From contig CAVTNR010000012.1 in assembly GCA_963736115.1 (NCBI GenBank), forward strand, positions 256,001-320,000: a stretch of 64,000 bases of DNA. The letters run 5' to 3'. Every line of letters begins with the position of its first letter. Within the stretch, counting starts at the first letter, position 1. Positions 42,855 through 52,122 of this stretch are shown here, piece after piece. A program made the position numbers and the translations under genes. The notes below the pieces were generated by a model. It worked only from the letters and a program-made list of their open reading frames with translations, had not been told where the DNA came from and did no database searches. Source of the stretch: an uncultured bacterium (GTDB lineage: Bacteria; Zhuqueibacterota; QNDG01; DTFT01).

Positions 42855-44002
42855 TCACTTGCGCGGCGGCACGCCCCATAGGAGTTTCCTGCGAAGCAGG
42901 TCGAAAAAATCGTGGTCCTCGAACGTGAGCCAGTGCACGGGTTCCGGAGCGCGCCGGATCACGACGACCGTGTCGTTCGGCACGTCCATGTGGATCTGCC
43001 CGTCGATGGACAGCTTCGCCGTGTTCCCTGCGGATTCCACGGACAGACGCACGGTCGACGCCCCGTCGAGCACGGTCGGCCGCGCGGACAGGGAGTGCGG
43101 GCAGATGGGAGACAGGAGGATGGATTCCAGGGTCGGCACGACAATGGGACCGGATGCGGAAAGGGAATAGGCCGTTGATCCCGTGGGCGTGGCCGCGATG
43201 AGCCCGTCCGACCGGAAGGTGTGGAAGGGCCTGCCGTCGACCTCAACCTTGATGCGGATGATACGGGGGCTTCCCCGCGGTCGATGACCACGTCGTTCAG
43301 GGCGCGGAAGACACGCCGCGTTCCGTCCGGCCCGGTACTGGTCTCGGCTCTCTCCTCCGCTTGAACCGCGGTCCGCTGCGCGGATGAAAAAGACACTTTC
43401 GCCGGGACCTCGGCTTGCGCCTCGGTTTCGGCCCCGGATTTCGTCGTGCCTTGGATCCCCGTCCGCTGCGCGGATGAAAAAGACACGTACGCGGGGGTTT
43501 CGGCCCCGGCTGAAGCCGGGAGTTGCACATTACCAAAAGCCCCGGGTTTCATTACACCTTGGACCCCCGCGTACGCGGGGGTTTCGGCCCCGGCTGAAGC
43601 CGGGGCCTCAACTTCCAGAGCCATGCGCTTTTCGATACGGTACTTCCCGGACAGGACCGCTTCCATCCTCGGCAGGAGTTCCTCGGCCGGCACTTCGGCG
43701 AGAAAACCCAGGCTTCCGAGGTTCACGCCGAACAGGGGCTTTTCCGCCCGGCCGATCAGCCGCGCGGCATTGAGCATGGTGCCGTCCCCGCCCATGGCCA
43801 CTACCAGATCGCAGGCTTCTCCGAAGGACGCCTCAGGAACGGCAAACGCGTTCGACGCGTCCGGCCGAAGCAGGCGGACCTGCTCTTCGGTGAAAGCCGC
43901 CCGGATGCCGCGGCCGTCGAGCCAGGGCAGAAAGGGATTCAGTATTTCGGCCAGCCGCGCCTTGCGCGGATTGACGAATATCCCGACCGTCTTCAGAATC
44001 AC
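42855..44002 (-). CDS. nadK: NAD kinase with a REP-derived in-frame insertion; one-base frameshift near 43270 (probable error)
   Basis: MGGDGTML, GVNLGSLGFL, ALNDVVI. After adding one base in a G/C run: DGLIAATPTGSTAYSLSASGP...PICPHSL. The GTG start overlaps the dxs stop. Confidence 0.9.
43361..43606 (-). repeat. Three tandem CGTC-type REP units inside nadK (246 nt, 82 codons)
   Basis: CCCGGCTTCAGCCGGGGCCGAAACCCCCGCGTACG occurs twice (84-nt period) and the 24-nt insert twice (43372-43395, 43462-43485). Confidence 0.85.
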
Positions 44003-45858
44003 GGCCGCACCGCTTTCCGTATCGCCGCGGCCACGGATTCGGCATCCAGTCCGGTCTGGAGGAACAGATCCTCCAGGCATCCGTGCGGGACGAACCGGTC
44101 GGGCAGGGCGATCCGTCGCACCCAGCAGTCGGGCAGGTTCATTTCAGACAATGCCTCGGAGACGCCGCTTCCGAATCCGCCGACCCCGGTGTTGTTTTCC
44201 AGGGTGAACAGCACGGGAATGGACCGGGCCGCCTCCTCCAGCGCCTGCCGGTCGACGGGTTTGACGAACCGCGCATTGACGACACGCACCGACAGCCCGT
44301 CGCGCTCCAGACGTCCGGCCGCTTCGAGCGCGACCTGAACCATGTCGCCGACCGCGAACACGGCCGCGTCGCGGCCCTCGCGAACCGTCTCGGACCGGCC
44401 GATCGGGATTTCCGTGAATCCGGACTTTTCCGGAAGGCCGAGCGTCTCTGAGCGGGGATAGCGCACGGCGACCGGACCTGGGTGCCGTACTGCTGTGTAG
44501 AGCATGTCGCGGAATTCGTTCTCGTCCTTCGGCGCCATCACCACGAGGTTGGGGATCATACGCAGGTAAGTGAGGTCGAAGGATCCGTGATGGGTGGGCC
44601 CGTCCTCTCCGACCAGCCCGCCGCGGTCCACGGCGAACACGACCGGCAGGTTCTGAAGGGCCACGTCGTGGATGATGGAATCAACGGCACGCTGAAGAAA
44701 AGTCGAGTATATCGCCACAACCGGCCGCAGTCCCCGCCTCGCCAGCCCGGCCGCGAAGGTCACAGCATGCTGTTCGGCGATGCCGACATCGAAAAACCGG
44801 GACGGGAAGCGCACCGCGAATTCGCAGAGACCGGTTCCGTTGGCCATGGCCGCGGTAATGGCCGTAATCGATGGGTCCGACTCCGCGAGTTCGATGAGCG
44901 TCTTGCCGAACACGTCCGTGTACGATGGATTGGACCGGGGAGGAGTTTTTCCCGTATCGAGGCAGAACGAGGAAATACCGTGAAACCGCGTGGCATCCTC
45001 CTCCGCGTACTTGTAGCCCTTCCCCTTGGTCGTCATCACGTGCAGGAGGATGGGGCCGTGGAGCTTGCGGATCTCCCGGAGAATCCAGAGCAGTTCCGGC
45101 AGATCATGTCCGTCGACCGGCCCGAAGTACCGGAAGCCCAGCCGCTCGAACAAGCCGCTGGGGACGAGCAGGGCCTTGATCACCTCGTCGAGCCGTCGCA
45201 CGGAGCGGCGGAGAACACCCGACCGGTGAGTCGCATGCCACAGGACGGTCTTGACGCGGTTGTAGGCCGGCGCCGCGATGAGTTTGTTCAGGTACCGGGA
45301 CAGGGCGCCGACATTGGGCGCGATGGACATGGTGTTGTCGTTGAGCACGACAATCAGGTCGCGCTTCGCGGCGCCCGCGTTGTTCAGGCCCTCAAAGGCC
45401 AGCCCGCCCGTCATCGCGCCGTCTCCCACCACTGCGATGACGGAGTGGGATTCGCCCTTCAGGTCGCGGCCCGCGGCGAGGCCGAGCGCGGCCGAGATGG
45501 CCGTCGAGGCGTGGCCGGCGCCGAATGCGTCGTATTCGCTTTCCGTGATTTTGGGGAATCCGCTGATGCCGCCCGTCTGGCGGAGGGTGTGGAAGCGGTC
45601 CCTGCGGCCCGTGAGGATTTTGTGAATATAGGCCTGGTGCCCCACATCCCAGACGATCTTGTCCTCAGGCGCGTCGAACGCGGCGTGCAGGGCGATAGTG
45701 AGTTCGATCACGCCCAGGTTCGGCGCCAGGTGGCCGCCGGTGCGGGAGACGGATTCGGTGACGAATTCGCGCAGCTCGTCCGCGAGCCTTTGCAGGTCCG
45801 TGATGTCCAGCGATTTGAGGTCCCGGGGGGACTGGATGGTGTCGAGAATGCGGCTCAT
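43999..45858 (-). CDS. dxs: 1-deoxy-D-xylulose-5-phosphate synthase
   Basis: TGGHLAPNLG, WDVGHQ, GDGAMTGG...ND, DVGIAEQHA; true start MSRILDTI at 45858. Confidence 0.96.
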   Translation of the reverse strand: MSRILDTIQSPRDLKSLDITDLQRLADELREFVTESVSRTGGHLAPNLGVIELTIALHAAFDAPEDKIVWDVGHQAYIHKILTGRRDRFHTLRQTGGISGFPKITESEYDAFGAGHASTAISAALGLAAGRDLKGESHSVIAVVGDGAMTGGLAFEGLNNAGAAKRDLIVVLNDNTMSIAPNVGALSRYLNKLIAAPAYNRVKTVLWHATHRSGVLRRSVRRLDEVIKALLVPSGLFERLGFRYFGPVDGHDLPELLWILREIRKLHGPILLHVMTTKGKGYKYAEEDATRFHGISSFCLDTGKTPPRSNPSYTDVFGKTLIELAESDPSITAITAAMANGTGLCEFAVRFPSRFFDVGIAEQHAVTFAAGLARRGLRPVVAIYSTFLQRAVDSIIHDVALQNLPVVFAVDRGGLVGEDGPTHHGSFDLTYLRMIPNLVVMAPKDENEFRDMLYTAVRHPGPVAVRYPRSETLGLPEKSGFTEIPIGRSETVREGRDAAVFAVGDMVQVALEAAGRLERDGLSVRVVNARFVKPVDRQALEEAARSIPVLFTLENNTGVGGFGSGVSEALSEMNLPDCWVRRIALPDRFVPHGCLEDLFLQTGLDAESVAAAIRKAVRP

Positions 45859-45860
45859 GC

Positions 45861-46103
45861 CTATTGGATCAGCTCGAGTTGGGGGGATCCGTCCTCTCCC
45901 TTGACCAGTTTCCGGAGCCGTAATTCCGCGTCCTGAAGCCGATCGGCGCAGATCTTGGCGAGGGCCATGCCCTCCTCGTACGCCTGGAGGGATTCCTCGA
46001 GCGTCGCGTCTCCGCTTTCGAGCTTCTCGACGATGGCCTCCATGCGTTCGAAAGCCTGCTCGAACGTCATCGAAGCGGGGGTCTGGGATCGGGTCGGTTT
46101 CAT
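45861..46103 (-). CDS. xseB: Exodeoxyribonuclease VII small subunit
   Basis: TFEQAFERMEAIVEKLESG...LEES...YEEG. Confidence 0.93.
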   Translation of the reverse strand: MKPTRSQTPASMTFEQAFERMEAIVEKLESGDATLEESLQAYEEGMALAKICADRLQDAELRLRKLVKGEDGSPQLELIQ

Positions 46104-47347
46104 GTTTCCAGGGACTCCACTCGGCCGAGAACGGCGCCTTCCGAGAACCGGATGCGCACGCCCTCGGCGGGTTCGAGTTCCGACGCGCGGGTGACGATGC
46201 GTCCGTCCTTGAGCCGCGAGGTGATGCTGTAGCCGCGCCGGAGAACCGCCTCAGGATCGAGCGCGGAAAGCCGGCCGGCCGCGGTTTCGAGCTTCGCACG
46301 GCGGCCGCGGATGGTCTCCAAGGCCGCGGTTTCAAGCGAGCGGGCCGAGTCGTCCAGCCTCTGCCTCAGTTCGCGGATCCGCTCCCCCGGCACGCGAAGC
46401 CCCCACCGGCCGCGCAGGTTCGACACCCGCTCAACCCGCAGGCCGATGCCGTCCGAAACGAGCCGGCTCACGCGGCCCGCCAGGACGCGGATCCGTTCCT
46501 CCAGTTCCCGCCTGTCCTTCACCACCAGCTCGGCCGCGGCCGAAGGCGTGGGCGCCCGGAGGTCGGCCGCGAAATCGCAAATGGAAAAATCAGTCTCGTG
46601 CCCCACCGCGGAGACGACGGGAATTGCGGATCCGGCGACGGCGCGGGCCACCGCCTCTTCATTGAACGCCCAAAGGTCCTCGAGGGATCCGCCGCCCCGG
46701 CCGACGATGAGCACGTCGATTCCGCCGAGCGCGTTCAGCTCCCGTATGGCGGCGGCCACATCTTCAGCCGCGCCCGCTCCCTGCACCGCGGCCGGCCGGA
46801 GCACCACCTCCACCCAGGGCGCCCGCCGGCCGATGACGCTCAGCATGTCGCGGAGCGCGGCCCCGCTTTCGGAGGTGACGATGCCGATCCGCCGGGGGAA
46901 TTCGGGGATCGGCTTCTTGCGGTCCTCGTCGAACAGTCCCTCTCCGGCCAGCTTGCGCTTCAGCGCTTCGAACGCGGCCTGCAGGGCGCCGATGCCCAGG
47001 GGCCTCAGCCACAGGGTGTCAAGCTGGTATTTCCCCTGCCGCTCGTACACAGTGAGCGTGCCGAACGCCAGCACATGGTCGCCGTCCTTGGGCTGAAAAG
47101 CGAGGCCGCTTGCGCGGCCGCGCCAGAGCACGCAGGCGATCTGGGCTTCGGCGTCCTTGAGCGAAAAATAGAGATGGCCGGAAGTGTGCCGTTTGAAATT
47201 GGAGATCTCGCCCTCCACGGCGAGCGGGGCGAACCCCTCGTCGAGGGCGCGCTTGATTTCGCGCGTGATCTCCCGGACAGAATAAACCCTCCATTCGGAG
47301 GGTTTTGAGGCGGATTCGAAATCCTCTTCCGGACCGATGTCGATCAT
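46100..47347 (-). CDS. xseA: Exodeoxyribonuclease VII large subunit
   Basis: GEISNFK..SGHLYFSLKD, GRGGGSLEDLWAFNEE, SAVGHETD, APTPSAAAE. Confidence 0.96.
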   Translation of the reverse strand: MIDIGPEEDFESASKPSEWRVYSVREITREIKRALDEGFAPLAVEGEISNFKRHTSGHLYFSLKDAEAQIACVLWRGRASGLAFQPKDGDHVLAFGTLTVYERQGKYQLDTLWLRPLGIGALQAAFEALKRKLAGEGLFDEDRKKPIPEFPRRIGIVTSESGAALRDMLSVIGRRAPWVEVVLRPAAVQGAGAAEDVAAAIRELNALGGIDVLIVGRGGGSLEDLWAFNEEAVARAVAGSAIPVVSAVGHETDFSICDFAADLRAPTPSAAAELVVKDRRELEERIRVLAGRVSRLVSDGIGLRVERVSNLRGRWGLRVPGERIRELRQRLDDSARSLETAALETIRGRRAKLETAAGRLSALDPEAVLRRGYSITSRLKDGRIVTRASELEPAEGVRIRFSEGAVLGRVESLET

Positions 47348-47439
47348 CGAATCTTCTTTTTATGTCGGTTCTTGCGCAGGCGTTTCTTGCGCTTGTGCGT
47401 GGCGATCTTGTGACGCTTGCGTTTACGGCCGCAGGGCAA
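47344..47439 (-). CDS. 31-aa basic protein, 30S ribosomal protein bS22 (AURKAIP1/mS38-like)
   Basis: TTG start after AGGAGG; MPCGRKRKRHKIATHKRKKRLRKNRHKKKIR; stop overlaps the xseA ATG (ATGA). Confidence 0.88.
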   Translation of the reverse strand: MPCGRKRKRHKIATHKRKKRLRKNRHKKKIR

Positions 47440-47460
47440 TGCTCATCCCTCCTTTCGGGA

Positions 47461-47826
47461 TTATTCTTCTATAAAATAACGATCCAATTCGGTGAAGAGT
47501 TCGGTCTGGCTGGCGGGCACGCCGGCTTCGGATTTCTCCCCGTCGCTGAGCCCGCGGGTGACGGCCGCCTTGATCTGGGGCGAGGGCTTGAAATCCGGGA
47601 CAATCCGGTCGGGGATGTGCATGACCACCCCGGTCTTGGGATTGGCCACGACCTTCTTACGCCTCCGCCTCAGGCAGAAGGTGCCGAACCCCCTCAGCTC
47701 GACGTGCTCGCCGCTCTGAAGGGCGAAGGTGATCATCGACAGAAAACCGTCCACCACCGCGGCCGTTTCTTTGCGGGTCAATCCCGTTCCCTTGGCGATG
47801 CGGTCGACGATGTCGGCTTTGGTCAT
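47461..47826 (-). CDS. HU/IHF-family DNA-binding protein with C-terminal extension
   Basis: MTKADIV...VELRGFGTF...NPKTG...PDFKPS. Confidence 0.92.
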   Translation of the reverse strand: MTKADIVDRIAKGTGLTRKETAAVVDGFLSMITFALQSGEHVELRGFGTFCLRRRRKKVVANPKTGVVMHIPDRIVPDFKPSPQIKAAVTRGLSDGEKSEAGVPASQTELFTELDRYFIEE

Positions 47827-47867
47827 GCGTCACCTCCCCGGTTTCGGGATGAGACCGGTTGGCTGCT

Positions 47868-48806
47868 TCAGGGCATCCGGTAGGCCAGGCGCGCCCCTCC
47901 CAGGTGGCGTAAAATCCCTTCCGTCTGCTGGAACAGCAGATCGAACAGCGTGATGCGCCTGGAACGCCAGCGGATCAGCTCCGGCTCGCCTTTGATTTTC
48001 CCCATTCGGCCCGCGATGCGTATGGCATCGCGGTAATCCCCGAGCGTGTCCACCAGTCCGATTTCCAAAGCCTGCCTGCCGGTGAACACGCGGCCGTCCG
48101 CGATGCCGAGAACGGCTTCCCGGTCGAGCCCCCGCTCGGCCGACACCACGTCCACGAACTGGCCGTACGCGTCGTCGATCCACGACTGGAGATAGGCCTT
48201 GTCGGCCTCGGTCAGTTCGCGGTAGGGCGATCCCGAGTCCTTGAAACGGCCGCTTTTCAGCGTTTCGAACTTCACGCCGATTTTATCGAGCAGTTTCTCC
48301 GCGTTCATGAATTCCGCGATGACGCCGATGCTGCCCGTGGTGGTTCCGGGATTGGCCACGACCGTGTCCGCGCCGCAGGCGGCGTAATACCCGCCCGACG
48401 CGGCCACGGTGCCCATCGACACCACGACCGGCTTGCCGCCGTCGCGCACCCGTTTCGCGGCCTCGTATATTTCCTGCGAAGGGGCCACGTATCCGCCCGG
48501 ACTCTCGATGCGGAAGACGATGGCCTTGACGCTCTTCTGTTTGCCGAAGGTTTCGAACTGCTTGACGATGCGTTCGGAACTGTAAATCGGTCCCAAGAGT
48601 TCCACAACGCCGACGTTGCCGCTTCCTTCGGAGAAGCCGACAGTCTCGGCGGAGCGGTTTCCGGAAACCCGGGCCGCCATCCAGAGAATGGCAATGATAA
48701 AAGCGGCCGCAATGCAGAGACCGATGATCCAGTCCCGCCTGGAACGCGAGGTTCCTGAGGCCGCTGTCTTTGCGCCCGTTTTTGTGGTTGTCCTGTTTTG
48801 AGGCAT
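47868..48806 (-). CDS. sppA: Signal peptide peptidase SppA (36K type)
   Basis: RIESPGG, KPVVVSMG, AASGGYY, TGSIGV, DGRVFTG. Confidence 0.93.
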   Translation of the reverse strand: MPQNRTTTKTGAKTAASGTSRSRRDWIIGLCIAAAFIIAILWMAARVSGNRSAETVGFSEGSGNVGVVELLGPIYSSERIVKQFETFGKQKSVKAIVFRIESPGGYVAPSQEIYEAAKRVRDGGKPVVVSMGTVAASGGYYAACGADTVVANPGTTTGSIGVIAEFMNAEKLLDKIGVKFETLKSGRFKDSGSPYRELTEADKAYLQSWIDDAYGQFVDVVSAERGLDREAVLGIADGRVFTGRQALEIGLVDTLGDYRDAIRIAGRMGKIKGEPELIRWRSRRITLFDLLFQQTEGILRHLGGARLAYRMP

Positions 48807-48818
48807 ATCTATCCTTAT

Positions 48819-48847
48819 ATTTTAATGAAATCTATCGTAAAAGTCAA
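48819..48847 (-). promoter_or_regulatory. Sigma70 promoter of the sppA operon (very short leader)
   Basis: TTGACT-17-TAAAAT, 12 nt before the ATG. Confidence 0.7.
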
Positions 48848-49028
48848 ACATAAAAAGGTCCTTCTTTATATAAAAGGCCCGTCCGGCTGAGAGATGACGG
48901 GTCAATATGGCCGAATGGGCCCGGCTTGCCACACTCATCTATTAATATAATCAAGCAATTGCGGGCATAACAGGGTTGCTGAATTTTCTTTTATCGCATA
49001 ATTAACAGATACTTGCGTTGCTATGGAT

Positions 49029-49070
49029 AAAAAAAACACCTCCGAATCGTCTGTAAATTCGGAGGTGGTT
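49029..49070 (-). terminator. Rho-independent terminator
   Basis: CACCTCCGAAT/ATTCGGAGGTG stem plus a T-run on the minus strand. Confidence 0.7.
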
Positions 49071-49099
49071 CAATTATCCTGATTTCCGGTCCAGAAGGA

Positions 49100-49819
49100 T
49101 CAGCCTTCCGGTTCCATGAAAAAATTGACGATAATTCTGGTCACAGGCGACATTTTCGCCACAATGACCGTGTCCCTGTATCCGGGACAGTGCGCCCGCA
49201 GGGGGATCGTATTGGCTTTCAGCCGGAACGAATACTGACCCCAGTCGTCCGTGTCCAGCAGGCTGTCCCCCACAAACACTTGTTTTTCATTCCAATCGAA
49301 AAGAGGCTCTTTCTGCTGAATCGTCGCGCCCGTGGCTTCGTCGTATATCTGCTTGGCGTCCCACAAGGCCTTTCCAGGATTCACGGTCAGAGAATCGCGC
49401 CAAATGACCGCGTGATGGAATTCGCCTATGGCGCGCTTTTCCGTTACGTCCGGGCTGAGCGTGAAATCCAGGAGAACGTCACTCCCCTTACCCACCTGTA
49501 TGGTCAGTACGGTATCCCGGTGGTTCAGGGCGGCTCCGGTCAACGTGTAGGTTCCCGGTTCCAGGGACGCGATGCGGAACGCGCCCGTTGCGTCCGCGGA
49601 TGCCAGAAGCTTGTTCCCGTCGAACACCCATGCGGGTCGTCCGACCGCCATATTCGTCAGGCTGTTCCGAAGAACTCCATGGATCGAGCCTTTTGTGTTC
49701 TTCGATTCCGTCGGATTGTCGCAGGCAACAAATGCAAAAGTCAGGGCGGACAGGAGCAGAACCGCCGGACCCTTTATTGTTCGAATTCGATTTGCAGTCA
49801 TTATGCCGCTTCCCTTCAC
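49100..49819 (-). CDS. Lipoprotein with carboxypeptidase-regulatory-like domains
   Basis: Lipobox FVAC-D; DATGAFRIASLEPGTYTL, TDDWGQY. Alternative start at 49801. Confidence 0.7.
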   Translation of the reverse strand: MKGSGIMTANRIRTIKGPAVLLLSALTFAFVACDNPTESKNTKGSIHGVLRNSLTNMAVGRPAWVFDGNKLLASADATGAFRIASLEPGTYTLTGAALNHRDTVLTIQVGKGSDVLLDFTLSPDVTEKRAIGEFHHAVIWRDSLTVNPGKALWDAKQIYDEATGATIQQKEPLFDWNEKQVFVGDSLLDTDDWGQYSFRLKANTIPLRAHCPGYRDTVIVAKMSPVTRIIVNFFMEPEG

Positions 49820-51717
49820 TTCGCCATTACCATTTTTCTTTCCGCTCTGAACGAACGGCCCTCTGACTGCGCCGTGATCCGGCAGATATACACGCCCGTC
49901 GGAACCGGGGAGCCGTTGTCATCCAGGCCGTTCCATTGCCTCGACCGCTCGCCCGGAACATCCGTGCCTTCGAACAGCGTGCGGATTCTGCGGCCCGTTG
50001 CGTCGTACACGGTCAGCCGAACTTCGGATACTGCGTTCAGGTTGTACTGGATCGTGGTCGACGCGTTGAACGGATTGGGATAATTCGGTTCCAGGCTGAA
50101 CCCCCGCGGACCGCCGGATCCCTCGGGCCTTTCCAGGACCGGCGAAATCACGTTGGTGGACAGCTCGATGCCCGTGTTCAGGCCGAGATTCCGGGAGTAC
50201 TTTTTGTCCACATCGTTGTTCCAGTGCTCGTGCGCGCCCATGCTGGCGGGCATCGGAATTCCGTCATGATCCGGATCGTACGACAGGCCGGACGGCCAGT
50301 TGTTGGAGTCCGCGGCCTGGTGCAGGTAATCGTCCGTGCCAGCGAAATGCGGGAACGGCCCCTTGTTGTCCGTGGCCGGCGCGCCTTCGGTCGGATGGTC
50401 CGCGTCGAACTCCTTGTACAGAAAATCGAAACACACGGATTCGACCGCGACCTGATCCTGCGAGAGAAAGAGGGAATTGGGCCAGTCATTGTTGAAGGGG
50501 GTCATTTCCCACTTGACCGCCGGATGGCCCCAGTTGACCGAGCTCCAGAGTCCGTCCACGAGGATGAGAAGCGTCTTGAGTCCCAGGTCCTTATGTCCCA
50601 TGAAGTCCACGAAGCTCCTGTAAACCCCGTACTCGCCGTTGTTGACTTCGCCCCCGCCTTCAGTGGCCGGCAGGCTCGGGTGCAGGTGCCAGGCGCCTCC
50701 GGTGAAAGCGCCGAGGGAACCGAAATGGTTCTTGCATGCGATTGAAATGCCGGACCGGTGATGCTTTTTGAAGACCGGGAGGTTGATCAGGTAAGCCGCG
50801 TCCACGTAAGTCTGCGGCACCTTGTCCTCGAATGATCCGTCGCTGGCGAATAATCTGGGACTGCTCGAGGCTGTGACCGAGGTCATCCCGGGCCCGGAGC
50901 CCCAGTACTTCACATTCGGGTAGACGTCGTGGAGTTTGTTGTAGGTGGCGGTGTTCATGCCCACGTTCGTATCGCCGATGTGAATGTCGGCCTGGGCCAC
51001 GCCGACGACATCGATGAGCTGACCCAGGAGGGCCAGACAGACCTGCGGAGACGTATTGATATTGGCGTCCCTGCGGGAGCCGTTGTTCAAGCCGTTGAGA
51101 TTGATCTTGATCACGAACTTTTCGCCCGCTGTGTATCCCACATCACCCTTGCCGCGCTGCTGATTGAAGTGCCGGATAAGGGCGTTCCATGCGGCCGCAT
51201 CGCTCTCCTGCCCCGTCAGTCTCAGCATACCCTCGGACAGCATCTGATTGACGACCGCCTGGTTGGTGTTTTCATCCGAGTACCAGTAATCCCCGTTCGA
51301 ATTCTTGCAGGTCTCGTCCGTGGCCGCGGGGTTGTGTATCCACGCCACGCGCCCGGGATAGATGCCCGTGCCCGTGCCCATCGGGAGGTTCGGACCTTCC
51401 AAAGTGGTCGTCAGCGACGCGCGGCTCTCTGCGGGCCGGGAAAGTTGAGAGACAAGCGCCAGGGTCACGGCCGCCGCAATCGCAAAACCGGCCAGAACCG
51501 TGCGCGACTGGACCATGAACTGGCGCGCCTTCTTAAAGAGAAGAACGGAGCCGAACAGGCCCATGACATAGACAACGAATGCGGAGGCCAGGGGCGCCGC
51601 TGCTTTCATGCACGGATACTGCGCGCGGCTCGGTTTGGGGATAACCCGGATCAGGAACCAGAGCAGGGATGACAGTCCGAGTACCGGAAGGAACAGATTC
51701 TTGAAGAGTTTTTTCAT
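49816..51717 (-). CDS. DUF362-domain secreted protein with FlgD/Por C-terminal tail
   Basis: WFLIRVIPKPSRAQYPC leader; IKINLN; INLPVFKKH...KNHFGS; NYPNPFN...WNGLDD. Confidence 0.8.
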   Translation of the reverse strand: MKKLFKNLFLPVLGLSSLLWFLIRVIPKPSRAQYPCMKAAAPLASAFVVYVMGLFGSVLLFKKARQFMVQSRTVLAGFAIAAAVTLALVSQLSRPAESRASLTTTLEGPNLPMGTGTGIYPGRVAWIHNPAATDETCKNSNGDYWYSDENTNQAVVNQMLSEGMLRLTGQESDAAAWNALIRHFNQQRGKGDVGYTAGEKFVIKINLNGLNNGSRRDANINTSPQVCLALLGQLIDVVGVAQADIHIGDTNVGMNTATYNKLHDVYPNVKYWGSGPGMTSVTASSSPRLFASDGSFEDKVPQTYVDAAYLINLPVFKKHHRSGISIACKNHFGSLGAFTGGAWHLHPSLPATEGGGEVNNGEYGVYRSFVDFMGHKDLGLKTLLILVDGLWSSVNWGHPAVKWEMTPFNNDWPNSLFLSQDQVAVESVCFDFLYKEFDADHPTEGAPATDNKGPFPHFAGTDDYLHQAADSNNWPSGLSYDPDHDGIPMPASMGAHEHWNNDVDKKYSRNLGLNTGIELSTNVISPVLERPEGSGGPRGFSLEPNYPNPFNASTTIQYNLNAVSEVRLTVYDATGRRIRTLFEGTDVPGERSRQWNGLDDNGSPVPTGVYICRITAQSEGRSFRAERKMVMAK

Positions 51718-52122
51718 TGAAAACCTCCTGTGGTGAAGAAAGCCTCGGCGGCCCGTTCAAACGGGGTCGGCCGGTCCGGATGGACCGTACCCCCTCCCCG
51801 CCAGGCATTCCGCGAATGAGTCAATTTACTGATAATTCCAGGAAAAGCAAGGTAAAAAAATGTAAAAAAGACATTGAAAAATATGGGGTTATAAAGCAGA
51901 AAAAGGCCCGAGATCTTATAACCTCAGCCCTTCATCTGATGACAATAGGAATCATCACTATTTGGAGGACATTTTATATGGTGTGGCTCATTCGAATTAC
52001 TCGCTCCCAGAAGGTCCCCTTCTTCCGTTCAGTAAAATCATGTGACCGTAAGAAAAACGCCGGCGCACCCGGGCTGCCGGAAGGGAGGCGGTTGTCGGAT
52101 GCGCCGGCTTGTTAAAGCCCTC

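Noticed and set aside
43260-43280. Programmed frameshift in nadK
   Set aside because: There is no clear slippery heptamer or stimulator; a one-base loss in a G/C run matches the error pattern elsewhere.
43361-43606. CRISPR mini-array or intein in nadK
   Set aside because: The repeats are of unequal composition, the spacers resemble each other, and there are no cas genes. There are no intein C/S...HN termini.
45859-46335. 158-aa N-terminal extension of Dxs in the ORF track
   Set aside because: It overlaps xseB and xseA in another frame; Dxs similarity starts at ATG 45858.
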